Part shown: one piece after another, positions 43,376-58,270 of the stretch
Layout: the number at the start of each line of letters is the position of its first letter
Position numbering within the stretch: the first letter of the stretch is position 1
Assembly: GCA_002269645.1 (NCBI GenBank)
Contig: NIVC01002676.1
Coordinates: 86,228-150,227, forward strand
Source: Macrostomum lignano
Taxonomy: Eukaryota
Direction: 5' to 3'
Length of the DNA: 64,000 nt
Position numbers and translations under genes: made by a program
The notes under the pieces: model-generated
The model's database searches: none
What the model was told of the DNA's origin: nothing
Seen by the model: the letters and a program-made list of their open reading frames with translations, nothing else

Positions 43376-45344
43376 TTTTGACACTGAAATTGCAAACAAC
43401 TGTTACTCATTAGTAATTTGAAATAGTCGTGATTGCAACTGTATCAGACAATTTTAGGGTTAACAGGCACCTGAAATTTCATTTCATTCAATTTCAGTGA
43501 TTGTCCTAAATATAGAACTGTACATGTTTTTAATCATAATTGATTTAGCCAAATTTATAAACTTAAACATCTGATATGAGCCTGAATACAAAAGTGTTCA
43601 TCGGGACTGTAAAAATACTAATTTGTTTATAAAAAAAGACACAAATATTTTCTTATTTCATTCATAAGTTTTTAAAAGTTTTTCGAATATGAAATGACAT
43701 ATTGTTGATATTTTTTTGTATTTCTAATCAAATTATTTTTCATTATTCTAAGTTTTTGCTATTAAACTTATAACAAGTGAGTACTCTTGTACTTTAAACA
43801 AAATTAAAATCCCTACACGAAGGAAAACACATGACTTTATTGTAGCTTTATTAACAAAAATGTTAAAAACTTTCTATTAAATCATCATAAAATCTCTGTA
43901 ATAGATGAAAATTAAAAAAATGTATATAACCGTCAATTTATTTCTATTTAATGATTAATAAAATCTCTAAATAATCTGTAAATAAGGATGTAAAAACAGC
44001 AGAAAGGTATAGAGGTTGTAACTGGACTCCTTTGAAAAATAATTTTTTAAAATTCTATTAGTTTCACGCATAATACAATTTTTAATAGTTCTATCCGATT
44101 CCCGAACTCTAATTCATTAACGACTCAAATTAGTCCGAGTTGTTTTGAATTAGTTCCATTTCTTATTGCGAGAAATCTTAACAAAACGTCGTGTTATTTA
44201 CATTAGTTAAATATTTATATGAAAAACGTAGTCTGATCTACTTTATAATATTTATATCAGTTTTAGTCATATCTGCCATTTATACTTGCATACAAACACG
44301 CCCAACCAATTAATTACGGATGATCTCTGTAGAATAACGTTTCAATGGTTTTTTTGATTGATTAGAAAGTAGGAGAGTAATCACGCGCGTTCTCTTCAGC
44401 TCCTTTAGTAACTGACCCGCGTTGTAGTCAGCGGTGAACAGAGAGGACGTATTTGTATCTATGGCTTATATCTATGGTTAGAGGGAATCTCAGCCATCCT
44501 GCTGTTTACGCTGATAATTTCAAGCAGCGTCGACTTAAGTTTCCTCCTGATCCAGAATTCAGATGCAAGAGAAGTCAGTAACCTGTATTTGTGCAGCTCA
44601 TATTTTGCAATGTGGGAGCTTCATTTATGCGAAAAAATTGTAGAACTAATTATTATTTCCGTGTTATTCCACCAACTTAAACGTAGTTATAAGCTATTAA
44701 ACAGGTTTTCTATAGCTTGTCCTCTCTCTGTTTCGCTTTGGATGTAGCATCATGATATCTCAGCTGTATTTTAAACGGGGCAGTAGCATATGCAGGAATT
44801 CTGCGCCCACTCAGCCCCCAGTTGAATACGTCACTGCATGACAGCCTTAAATATATTGAAAAAAAAATCTGAAGAAAATTCCTCTTAGAAGTTGCAGAAT
44901 TCTTTTAGAATGAAAGAATGAATGAAAACTAAGAAACATTTAACATGTTGATGTTGCATCACGAAAATGGAATTTTTTTCATCAATTTCCATAAATGCTC
45001 TATTCTGCATGGTTTCATATTCTGCTACAAGACTTCTTAGACGAGGAGGAGACTGCATTATTATTCATTCGCAGCTTATTCAGCTGTCAGAAGAATGAAC
45101 ACTGAACATTGTCAGTTAGCATATCAGTTAGCACATCGCTAGTAAATACAGATTTTTGTAAATTACTTCGATGGTAAACGGCGTCATATGTCGGTTAAAT
45201 GTCGGTGTGTAATATTTAACAGCATCCATTTTCTAGCGACGCAGATAAACGTAGGAAACGTAGTGAAAATTTCTAATTAACTTAGCTGTTTTGTTGAAAC
45301 TAAGGTATAAAATTAGTTTTACGGTAAATTAAATCAATAATAAT

Positions 45345-45900
45345 AATTGATTACACCTGCCCCGATTGGGCCAGATGTGCAACCGACAGCTCAGCCGCAG
45401 CTATTGCGCGGCGCATCTGAAGGCTGCGTACGGCTGTTCAGTCCAAGGACTGGGGGGTCGCCACACACAGCCTCAATTACCTCAGTTAATGCTGGCACCC
45501 ATTCTACAGCTGGGTGAACTGAAGCAACGCAGAGTTACGAGTGTCTTGCTCAAGGACACAAATTGTTCCGAGTGGATCAGGGGCGTTGCATGGGGCAAAA
45601 GCTATGGAGGACATGCCAAATCTTTGTGCCCCCCCTACCCATCCTTGTGACCCGTTATAGAAATCAATAGTTTTGCTTCAGGCGATAAAATACAGTATAG
45701 CGCCTGCGGTGCCAATATGAGTATCTGCGGCGCCAAAATGACCGCTGACAACACTAGAACAATGTACACGTACATGTAGAATTCTTGGCTTTGTCCCCTC
45801 CCCCACCATAAAATCCATGGCGACGCCCCTGGTGTGGATCGAGAATCGAACCCCCGACCCTTCAGTCGTGAGTCCGACGCTCTAACCCGTAGGCTACAAT
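45345..45900 (-). mobile_element. tRNA-derived SINE (CORE-like), interrupted by a MITE
   Basis: Head GTAGCCTACGGGTTAGAGCG...GGTTCGATTC; TGTGTCCTTGAGCAAGACACT; (ATT)n tail; homologous to the 13.2-13.7 kb copy. Confidence 0.8.
45578..45831. mobile_element. hAT-type MITE (254 bp)
   Basis: TIR CAGGGGCGTTGC / GCGACGCCCCTG; 8-bp TSD GAGTGGAT/GTGTGGAT (7 of 8 match); SINE sequence resumes on both sides. Confidence 0.88.
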
Positions 45901-47045
45901 CCCCTCACATTAAATCAAATTATGCCAAGCCATTTCAACCATATGGCCTTGTGATGATTTATATAATCGCTTATGCACAAGCGGTCCCCTATACGTCTAT
46001 GTGGGCGCACAGGCAACTCGGGTTCAATAGACGTCTATGCAAGAATTCATAATCAGACATTTGCGATCTAATTGTGTTAGAAAACGTAGAAGAGAAGCCA
46101 ACACATAACTCGTAATAGCTCGAATAAGATTTTCAATTTTTGGCAGAATTTTCTTCGACGGTGAAATATGTTAGCATACACTCGCTTCAGGATCAATCAA
46201 CAGGAAGAAGCACCGTAGGCAGATGCTTGATATAAACACTGCTTTCCTATCGTTCATAACTTTGGAGCGTCACAATAACACGTTCGTATCTTCGCTGTTA
46301 TCTTAAAAATTAATCTTCTGCAAGCAGCTAACCGAAGCATCTGTCCGCCTGGCTTTCAAACTTTTGCTTAGTTGCATTTTCACTTAAAGCGATTTTTATC
46401 GAATCTCTGAATTTTCATAAATTCTCGACGCAAAAGCCTTAAACAGGATTCGCATTGAATTAAGAAGTTCTGCTTTAGGACAGGTTGACAAATTGCTTCG
46501 AGAAAAAACATGAATAGAGGGAGAAGGTCAGCAGGTGATTCATAGATTTGGACTTTCTGAGTTGATGGCAAAGTAATTTGAAAGGTTGCAAATGATATAG
46601 AATAATAGTGTGTAAGAACTCTTAGCGTATATCTCATAATATAGTGTGCTTTGTATTTAAGGATTTAATTATAACAGTTGCTTGCATAACAAAAGCTTAA
46701 TATAATATTTAGATCATTGGCTGAACTAGTGATATCAATATAGTAATAGTAAAAAAACTGGGTGAAATTTATGGCCAATGGGTCAATTAACAGCAAACGT
46801 ACTATATGTAACAAATTGTGCAATCCAGTATGTCTTAAATTTGGTTTCTGATTAACTTTTTATAATAAAAGTAGGAACTTTCTGAGTACATGTAGCTATT
46901 TTAATTAAACCACCAGGTCTAATCACTAAGCGATTTTCAACATCTTTGCACTGTCTCTCCTGACGTTAAGACTTGAATAAGAGTAACACTATCTACGACG
47001 CATGCACATTCTGTCTGTGCTGTTTGTCGACGTGTCATATCGCAA

Positions 47046-49676
47046 TCACGACAGCTCCAGGTCGTCCTTACTGTGAACGGACACAATGAAAGCGTTCAGC
47101 GTCTGCTTCGTGCCCACCACCGACTGCACCGGCGCGTCCTCATTGTCGGCGGCACCGGCCCTGACGTAGTCTTTGAAGGTTTCGTTCTTGGCCTCAGCTT
47201 TCGGATTGTGTCCAAGACGAATCTCCTTCTCCTCAACTAGGTAAGCCCTTTCAGGCGTCCTAGTCATGAGGTAAGCTGCCACCAGGCCAACAATCAAAGC
47301 CACACAGGCAGCGATGGCCACTCCGACAATCACACCCGAAGTACGAGTAGAAGCGACGACTCCAGGCTCGGGTAACGGTGTAACTAGAAAGGCCAGGTCA
47401 ACTCGAAGAAATTCAAGCCCATTAGATAAATCAAAGTCGGTGGAGTAAAAGCATAACTTGTCCGCCCGGCAGTCTCTTTGGCCGAGAGCGACGCTTGGAC
47501 CGCCGTAAGCACTTTTGTCGTGTCGAAGGTTTGTCAAAGCCGTTTTTGGCTGATAGCGGAAATTGTAAACGGCTGTAAGGTTTTTTCGTTTCTGCAGCTC
47601 ATTTAAAACGCTTTTCTGAGATATTGGCAAAACTTTGTAAGTCAGAGTAAAAGTTTTAGCGTCAAATCTGATGGCAGAAGCGTCTTTGACCAACAAGGAC
47701 TTCACATTTTCAAGAAGAAGATCGTCCAACATGAAGTAAGCAGAAACCTCGACCCCGACGTCCCGGAGGTAGGCTGCGGTGCTTTCCGAAAGAGCAAATT
47801 CGAACTTGGCGCCATTCGAGACGCTGCATTTCTGAACGCTACAATTGTTGTTTGGGTTTATGAGAAAACTGTCCTTCGTCAGGCGCTTTAGAAAAAAGAC
47901 ATCGGCACCCGTTTGAGTACGATACTCTGACATGCCCACCTGTGAAACAGACTCAAACTGATTAAGAGAAGCATTGCATTCAAATCGGTGACTGAAGTTG
48001 GTGCCCAGTGACGGATTAGCTGGGGGAACGCGAATCACGTCCATTGTCAAAGTTTTACTTGAAGTCGAAGTTGAGGTCGTAGTCACGCTCATCCAATTGT
48101 CTCCATTTGAAAACTTTTGACGAAATGCCTCATCTGTCAGACGGTCCCAGTTCACCTTGTCGTTACTGACCATTGGCATGTAGAACGTTGGCTCCACTGT
48201 GACCGACTTCAATCCGGAGAACATCACTGTACAGCTGTAGGACAGAGATTCGCCCTCCATCGCGAACACCTTCTCAGGCAACAGACCCGAACTTTCAGAG
48301 CTTGGAATTCCACTGGCTGCAGAAGAGTAGGTCACAGCAAAGTGCGGCATCGAGACCACAGTGACGTTGAACTCAAAGTGTTCCGATCCAGCATCACATT
48401 TGTATATCCCAGAATGAGCACTTGAGACGGAAGGTGTAAACTCGATGATGTTGCCAGTTCTCGACACCCGAATGCCATCTATGACTGTCCACTCCTCTAA
48501 TTGGGACGCATAAAGTGGGTTGCCGTCTCTGAAAAATCGATACATCTGGCTTTTATCGCTGCACAGAATGGGACAGACGAGGGCGGTGTTGTCCATGCCG
48601 GCCATTATGGTCAAAGTTTTCTTAGCATTTGGTGCCACTTTGCAGGCTGTAGACAATATGGGACATCCGGAGTAATGGACTTTGTCAATTGAATAGCGCT
48701 GATCTGCTGCCTGAATTTTTAGGTAGGGTTCAGATTCTCCGGAGAACGAAATGATGGTGCAGATTCCAACGGTATACTGCGGCTTCTTTTCATGATAAAA
48801 TGAGGTAATCTCCTGTTTTAAACCGCAAGCAGCAAAGTCTAAATAGCCACTCTCTACATCCAGGTGCATTATTTTTTGAAGCTTTTGATGTCGCAAGTCA
48901 AATTTGGAGTAGTAGCTTGTAAACAACGTGGCCTTTCCCAGTTGATTGTGCAAGCAGGACCCTGCATCAAAGTACAGGCTTGAGCCTAGTGTTATTTTGC
49001 TCCTGACGAACTGCGGTGCATTTTTGACAAAGCTTGAAATTGATGGTTCGATGAAGGGTACAGCTGGAAACTGGTCGTCAAGTGGGCTGGAATAGTTCAA
49101 CCTGGTCATCAGCTCAATCGCGGCAGGGGTAAGAAATTTTAAATCCAATGCCCCCATCTTTCCAACGCTAAATGCACCAAGTGGGTCAAAGTTGTACAGA
49201 AAGAGCGGATTGGACTGGATTGCCCCGCCAGACCATTCGACCCGCACAACGAGTTTCACTCTCCTGCTAGCCACCTGGGTATAGTGCACCTCTGAGGCTT
49301 TCATCTTCAGTTGAAAATGGTTCTCAGAGTTGCCCGCCTGTACAGTGAATGGAATGGTATTCGGGCATCGATGTTCGGGAGACAAGCTCGATTGGAGAGT
49401 GTCCATGTCAATCATTTGGGCCTGGGATTGCGGGCACTCGTAAATTAGAACTCTTTTTAGGCCGCTTCCGCCGCGATCGCCGCTCACGGACACCTGAATG
49501 TTGATGTGCTTGTCTTCGGTAAGAATCGACAGCATGTTGGACGATCCGACCTCCCAGGTGTCGCTCCAGGAAAGCAACACCTTGCTGGACGGTGAGAACT
49601 GGAACCGCGGCATCTGCTGGGTGGCGAGCGTGCAACCGGAGACCAGCGCCAGGAAGAATAGCGTCAAGAAGGCCAT
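47046..49676 (-). CDS. Ig-domain single-pass receptor, copy B; intact and intronless; 876 aa from the Met at 49676
   Basis: 2.6-kb ORF; signal peptide MAFLTLFFLALVSGCTLA; I-set-like Ig (LVC...RFFRDG...HSGIYKCDAG), second Ig-like region (GESLSYSC...RFEC); several N-x-S/T sequons; TM VIVGVAIAACVALIVGLVAAYLM; tail of about 65 aa. Confidence 0.9.
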   Translation of the reverse strand: MAFLTLFFLALVSGCTLATQQMPRFQFSPSSKVLLSWSDTWEVGSSNMLSILTEDKHINIQVSVSGDRGGSGLKRVLIYECPQSQAQMIDMDTLQSSLSPEHRCPNTIPFTVQAGNSENHFQLKMKASEVHYTQVASRRVKLVVRVEWSGGAIQSNPLFLYNFDPLGAFSVGKMGALDLKFLTPAAIELMTRLNYSSPLDDQFPAVPFIEPSISSFVKNAPQFVRSKITLGSSLYFDAGSCLHNQLGKATLFTSYYSKFDLRHQKLQKIMHLDVESGYLDFAACGLKQEITSFYHEKKPQYTVGICTIISFSGESEPYLKIQAADQRYSIDKVHYSGCPILSTACKVAPNAKKTLTIMAGMDNTALVCPILCSDKSQMYRFFRDGNPLYASQLEEWTVIDGIRVSRTGNIIEFTPSVSSAHSGIYKCDAGSEHFEFNVTVVSMPHFAVTYSSAASGIPSSESSGLLPEKVFAMEGESLSYSCTVMFSGLKSVTVEPTFYMPMVSNDKVNWDRLTDEAFRQKFSNGDNWMSVTTTSTSTSSKTLTMDVIRVPPANPSLGTNFSHRFECNASLNQFESVSQVGMSEYRTQTGADVFFLKRLTKDSFLINPNNNCSVQKCSVSNGAKFEFALSESTAAYLRDVGVEVSAYFMLDDLLLENVKSLLVKDASAIRFDAKTFTLTYKVLPISQKSVLNELQKRKNLTAVYNFRYQPKTALTNLRHDKSAYGGPSVALGQRDCRADKLCFYSTDFDLSNGLEFLRVDLAFLVTPLPEPGVVASTRTSGVIVGVAIAACVALIVGLVAAYLMTRTPERAYLVEEKEIRLGHNPKAEAKNETFKDYVRAGAADNEDAPVQSVVGTKQTLNAFIVSVHSKDDLELS

Positions 49677-51124
49677 GATCTGGACATTGGACGGACATGA
49701 GTGAAATATGCATTGAAATATTGGCACCCTATAATTCGATTATTGCAAGCTTAACAGAAAGCCAATTTTACTAAGATTTGCTAATTCGAGTTTTTACTGA
49801 ACTCAATTTTAGTTTGGCGATTAAATAACTCTATGCTTTATGCTCGCATTCATATCAATCACATCATACGCACTAGATTCATCTAATCTCTAACATGCAA
49901 ACTAAAGATACATAAGGTACGATTTTCGCGTGCAAAGGAAATTAATATTTGAACAATAAATAAAAGTTTTTACTTACAAAAATATGGTAAACTCGAGGTA
50001 GTTCCAGAAGCAACTGTAACAAGCAGAAGATTGATTTATGTTGCCACCGTTGCTGCAACTACGCAAATAAGGTCTAGCTATACAGTAGGGTAGTGTATTT
50101 GAGGCGAATAATTTGAATTCGTGCTGATGCATATTTTATATTAAAGATTAACCGTTTTTTGAATTAAGTAAGAAAAATAATGTAGAAAAAATTACTAAAT
50201 AAAAGTTCACTTATTTTGTGTAAAGTTCGGTTTTATTTTTATAAAATTTGTTATACTCCTACTAGCAAGAAGTTTCTAGAAACGAATAAAAAAATTTTAC
50301 GTTTTGACAGATGCATGCGAGTCAGGGTATAGTTATAGGAATCGTGCACCCAGTTCATTCATCTGAGATCCTTTATTTCCCCCAAATTTATTCTAATTTA
50401 GCTATTTGACGAAGTCATGATAAAAATCGAAGTCCAGAGTAAAGCATTATAGAAGTCTGGCTCGAACATGTACAATACTAAAGCAGAAGAATCTTTCATT
50501 TTCAATAAAAATAATTTATTACAGATCGGATATAACTATGGATAAATTATTTCTACAACTTAATCGAAGAGATCCTTGTGGATGTACCAATGTAGGCAAA
50601 ATGAAGTATGTAACATGCTTTTAAAAATCTGCATGTAAGATACTCCATGGAATCGTTGATTCTCTTTGCTCTTACAGCTTTCAGACCTGGGCTCTAACGA
50701 ACTCGCTCGAGCAACAGGTGATGAATGAATAACTGTCACCCGTAGCGCAGCACTCCAATACAAAAACCGGCTTGCAATCAATATCTATGTTTGTCGCTAG
50801 CAAATGAGTATTTTCGATTTGCATCGATAGCATTCGGCTGACCTATAACGTCATAATCCACCTGTGTAATGTACAGGCATCAGCAGACCGTCAGCATACC
50901 TTCTTTAGGTATGATAGTTTGTCTGATAAAAAATTTGCATTTGAGTATTTCTCAATGTGTGTAGCATCTAACTAGAAATTGGTGCGAATTTTCGATTAAA
51001 AACCAGTAGGTTCGATACAAACGAGTACAAAGTCAGCAACTTAATTATCAGGACTACACAAAGTGTGATGTGTCAAATTTTGCTGTTAATTAAACCTATA
51101 GTAAAGCCGGAGTGGATAAAACGG

Positions 51125-51362
51125 GAGAGATGAGATAAAAGAAGAGGAGAGAAGAGGAGAGAACAGGAGAGGAGAGGAGAAGAGAGGGGAGGAGAGGGGA
51201 GGAGAGGGGAGGAGAGGAGAGGAGAGGGGAGGAGAGGGGAGGAGAGGAGAGGAGAGGAGAGGGGAGGAGAGGGGAGGAGAGGAGAGGAGAGGGGAGGAGA
51301 GGGAGGAGAGGAGAGGAGAGGAGAGGAGAGGAGAGGAGAGGAGAGGAGAGGAGAGAAGAGGG
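51125..51362. repeat. (GGAGA)n polypurine tract
   Basis: Seen directly. Confidence 0.93.
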
Positions 51363-52019
51363 AGGAGCGGAGACTGCGCTATTTTTAGTGCATGGTTTCG
51401 AAAATCCTTACAATTGGTTTTTGCTTTAGTTTTGAACAATGAGCGATTTTTCTAGGCTGAAAAGCAATTGTAAAAAATATACAAATACGCAAACAAAGAC
51501 TCTAAACGCAGAATCAATGTAACTTAAGGCAGAGATCTGATTGGAATCTGGTTTGAAGGTGCGAAATTCCGTTCAAAAGCTCCGATTTTTTTACTTCGGA
51601 TGTAGCTAGAAATTCTGGCTACTCGTAGAAATCGCAGGGTCAAATTTTAAAATTTACTTCGACACTTCGACCTACACGTAGACAATTTTTGCAAGATAAA
51701 GAATCGGATCAGCTGATTTTTCGATTATTAAATACAAAATGTGCATAGTTAGTGCTTCCAAATATTGTAAAACTCAACGCAGTCATACGAGCTATACGAT
51801 AAGTAAGTTGAATGGTAACTCAAATCGTAAGTTAGAACTTTGCGCCCTGTGTAAGATCAGTCTTACTAAATTCCATTTAGATCTTGCGAAACTCTCGTAC
51901 TTATCCCGTACGTACATAAATGTTGAATAGAAAGAACTGGACGAAAGTGGAAAAACTTGATGCCTTTATAAACAATGTAGCTTATTAACAGAGATGAGGT
52001 TGCTTCTCCTTTCTCCTGA

Positions 52020-52514
52020 CCACCCCTAAGGCCTGACCACTTAGCAATTCACAGCTTGGAAATTCCACATGAGACTTATGATTGAACCCCAACCCTATCC
52101 CTGCCGAGTCACAGTATTTCGGCTATTCCCCCCATGAGCCACAGTATTATAACAATTAACCAATGAACATTGACATTTATTGAATTTTATCTCGGCAGAA
52201 ATTTCAGCAATTCTCTTATGAGCCTTGGACATCTCAGCTATTCACAGTGAGCCTTAGCATTTCAGCGATTCCCATGTGAGCTTTTTCATATTGAGCTTTT
52301 TACATATTATTGACATCTCCCCAAGAGTCCCAGAATTCCATAATTCCCCCTCTCCGAGCTTTGTCATCTCAGCAATTCCCAAATGAGCCTTGATCCCTTA
52401 GCAATCCACCAACGAGTCTTTTATTTTCGAAAAGGAAACCCTTTTATGGTTTAACCATAACCCTAACCTAATCCTAAACTAACCCTGCCTAAAGTCCACC
52501 ATTCCACCATGAGC

Positions 52515-52515
<1 letters not shown>
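52020..52515. repeat. Degenerate satellite-like repeat (ATGAGCCTTGACATCTCAGCAATTCCC-like)
   Basis: Recurring GAGCCTT/CAGCAATTCCC motifs; the same family resumes at 57660-58270. Confidence 0.65.
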
Positions 52516-55640
<3,125 letters not shown>

Positions 55641-56349
55641 CTTTCTGACAAATTTGATTCGGACTGATTTATGAACTGCCAATTTCTGCATGATTTTTCA
55701 CTGTTAAAATAGCTTTTAATCTCGTTTTTATTTTACTGTAAAAGTTCACGTGGGTACGATGTTATACACGGCCACCCTCAGTCACTGCGCGGGCTATTTT
55801 AGTCCAATTGCACATTGAGCTGATGTACACGCTAGGTTGGTGTTCGTGTAATTGGATTTACGTTTCACTCGTATCGAACTGTTAGGTTGGGTCTCAATAT
55901 ATTGTCATGAATGTGTTATTGTAACTTGAGTTGAGTGCACTATTCTACGCCGGGCCAGTCTGGCCGGCCTCTCCCCCCTCCTCAGATATTTTCTGACTCA
56001 CCCCCTTCACTTCTGCACGTGCGTAGCCCCCCCTCTCTGCCTAGGCCTTGTCTGTTATTCAACCCCCATTCTCTGCGTGCGACCCCCCCATTCTTTGCGT
56101 GCGACCCCACCCCATTATTTTGTTAGCCTAGCTGCCCCGCCCCTATAGATCGTGATTGGCTGCCAGTCCCAGTCTGCCGTGCTGCGCCCCCGGCGATTGG
56201 CTGGTACGGCTCATGTGTGTCCCATGCTGTTGTCTAAGCCCCCTTTTCTGCCTTTATCCCGCGCCCTCAACCCCTAGTTTGCTGCCTATTTTTTCGGACC
56301 CCGTGAGACTCCGTGGCTCCCCGGTGATTTTGCCAGCGTTGGTTGCTAT

Positions 56350-57288
56350 TGTAGTGATCCGCTAGTTAGTGTTAGGCGTCGCACTTCGTCAGCAGTCGCC
56401 CTTGCCCTCGCCCTCGCCCTGGGTTGCTGTCTGCCGCTGGTCAGCTTCCCGCCTCCCTCCTTTTGTCTGTCTGTTGCTGCTCCCTTCCCTCGTTTTTTCC
56501 CGTTTTGCCCCTTGTTTCTCAGCCCTCAGCTTCTCTGCTGTGGACTGTCTCTGTTTCGCTCGGTCTTTCTTTCCCCTGTCATGTGAGCGAGTCACATAAC
56601 AGATCCTCGATCTGTTCTTTGAGTCCTAAAGTGCAGTAAACATGTTTACTGCACTTGTTGGCCCTGTTTACCGGAAGAGTCACATGCTTTCGGCCCCCTC
56701 CCTTCTCTAAAGAGAGGAGTGACTCATGTTGCTAAAAATAGCAACTGAGTCACAGCCATGTGCACTCTGCCGGGAGACCCTCAAGTGACGTCAGTTCTAA
56801 AAATAGAACGAGGTCACGAGGTCTTGTGCGTGGGTGTTTCCCGGTTATAAATAGGACCCCTCTCCCTTGTTTCCGTCAAGGAATGGCTTCTTATCTGCGG
56901 AGAATTCACTAAGATCCCGTGCGCGTCAGTGTCTAACTAAGTGCCCTTTGCGTACTGAATCCGTTTGTACTGGTCTGACTGAAACCCCACTAAAGCCCAA
57001 GCCTAAGGGAGGCTAACACTGCCTTCCCAGCCACCCCTGAGCCCGGCGGGGAGCTGCTGATCAGGACGCCTTGTTCATTAATCTGCAAATCTGCACGCTG
57101 TGCTGAGTTCGTTGACTTGTTTATTTCGTTCCGACGGGAAGCTCACCTCATCGAAGGCCGAGACCTGAAGGAACTGGTGGCAGCACTACCTACGCTACTG
57201 AGAGTTGAGAGAACTTCCCACTGAAGAGGCACGAGTCATAAGGTAATCCGCAAGGGCCTAATCCGGGAAGCAAACAGCCTGTACTTCA
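56350..57288 (+). mobile_element. Solo LTR (939 bp), same family as 5359-6325
   Basis: TGTAGTGA...TTCA ends; 4-bp TSD CTAT (56346-56349, 57289-57292); TATA box near 56847. Confidence 0.88.
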
Positions 57289-57659
57289 CTATTAAGTGTC
57301 CGAATTGTCCGACAAATACAATTAAAGAATATCGATACTCCCACTGCTCTGTCGGCGCTGTTCCCGAGTTGTACGACCGAAATCGCGGCTGGTGAGCCTT
57401 CCCATTTGCAAGTCATTTGGGTCTGCATCTGTACTAGGCACCTTAGAGGGATTAAGTGCGTCGTACGCCGGTCCCAACCCAAGCAGCTCTGCGTCGTACG
57501 CGTGTCAGTGGAGGACCGCAGCCAGGGTCAGTGCGCGAACCCGGGTCTGGGAAAGGGGCACGAAAGGACCGAGCCCTTGAGCCCCATCACAGCAATATGT
57601 ATCGCAATCCAATGCCCAAGTCGGGGCCGAAGTCTTATTCAGCAAATTATCTCTGTTTC

Positions 57660-58270
57660 GCGTCAGTCACTACAGTCCCCTCATGAGCCTTGGCAACTGA
57701 GTCATTCCCTCTATGAGCTTTGAAAATCTGAGCAAGTGTCTTATTAGTCTTTTTTGGTAGACAGGCTAATTCTTTTACGGTTGAACCTTTACACTTACGC
57801 TAACATTCCTAAACGGAACCCTCACCATAACCCACCCTATCCAAAACCCCGCTGAAGGTTACAAGATTTCAGCCATTCTGCCCCATGAGCCACAACAATC
57901 CCCCCAATGAATATTCTCATCTCAGCAATTCCCCGTGAGCCTCAATATCTCAGCAACCACATCTACTGGAGACCCTTGATATCTCAGAAATTCCCCTTAA
58001 CAGCCACAGCATTTCAGAAATCATCCCATGAGCCTTGACAGCAAAGGAATTTCCCAATGAACCTTGACAATCTAACAACCCCACCCGTGAGACTTGTTAT
58101 CGCAGCGATTTTCCAAATAAACCTTGAACTCGCAGCAATTCTTCCTAAGAATCACAGTATTTGAGCTATCCCCTCCATCCTCGACATCTCAGAAATTTCT
58201 GCCGTAAGCCTTGACTCTTAGCAATTCCTCCATCGGTCTTGACATCTTAGCAATTCCCAATGAGTCTTGT
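57660..58270. repeat. Degenerate satellite-like repeat, same family as 52020-52515
   Basis: Recurring GAGCCTTGA...CAGCAATTCCC motifs. Confidence 0.65.

Noticed and set aside
40707-47320. ITIM/ITAM motifs in the receptor tails
   Set aside because: The tyrosines do not fit [SIVL]xYxx[IVL] or YxxL-x6-8-YxxL.
52450-52495. Interstitial telomere (CCTAAC-like run; similar near 57810-57850)
   Set aside because: Too short and degenerate; more likely part of the flanking repeat element.
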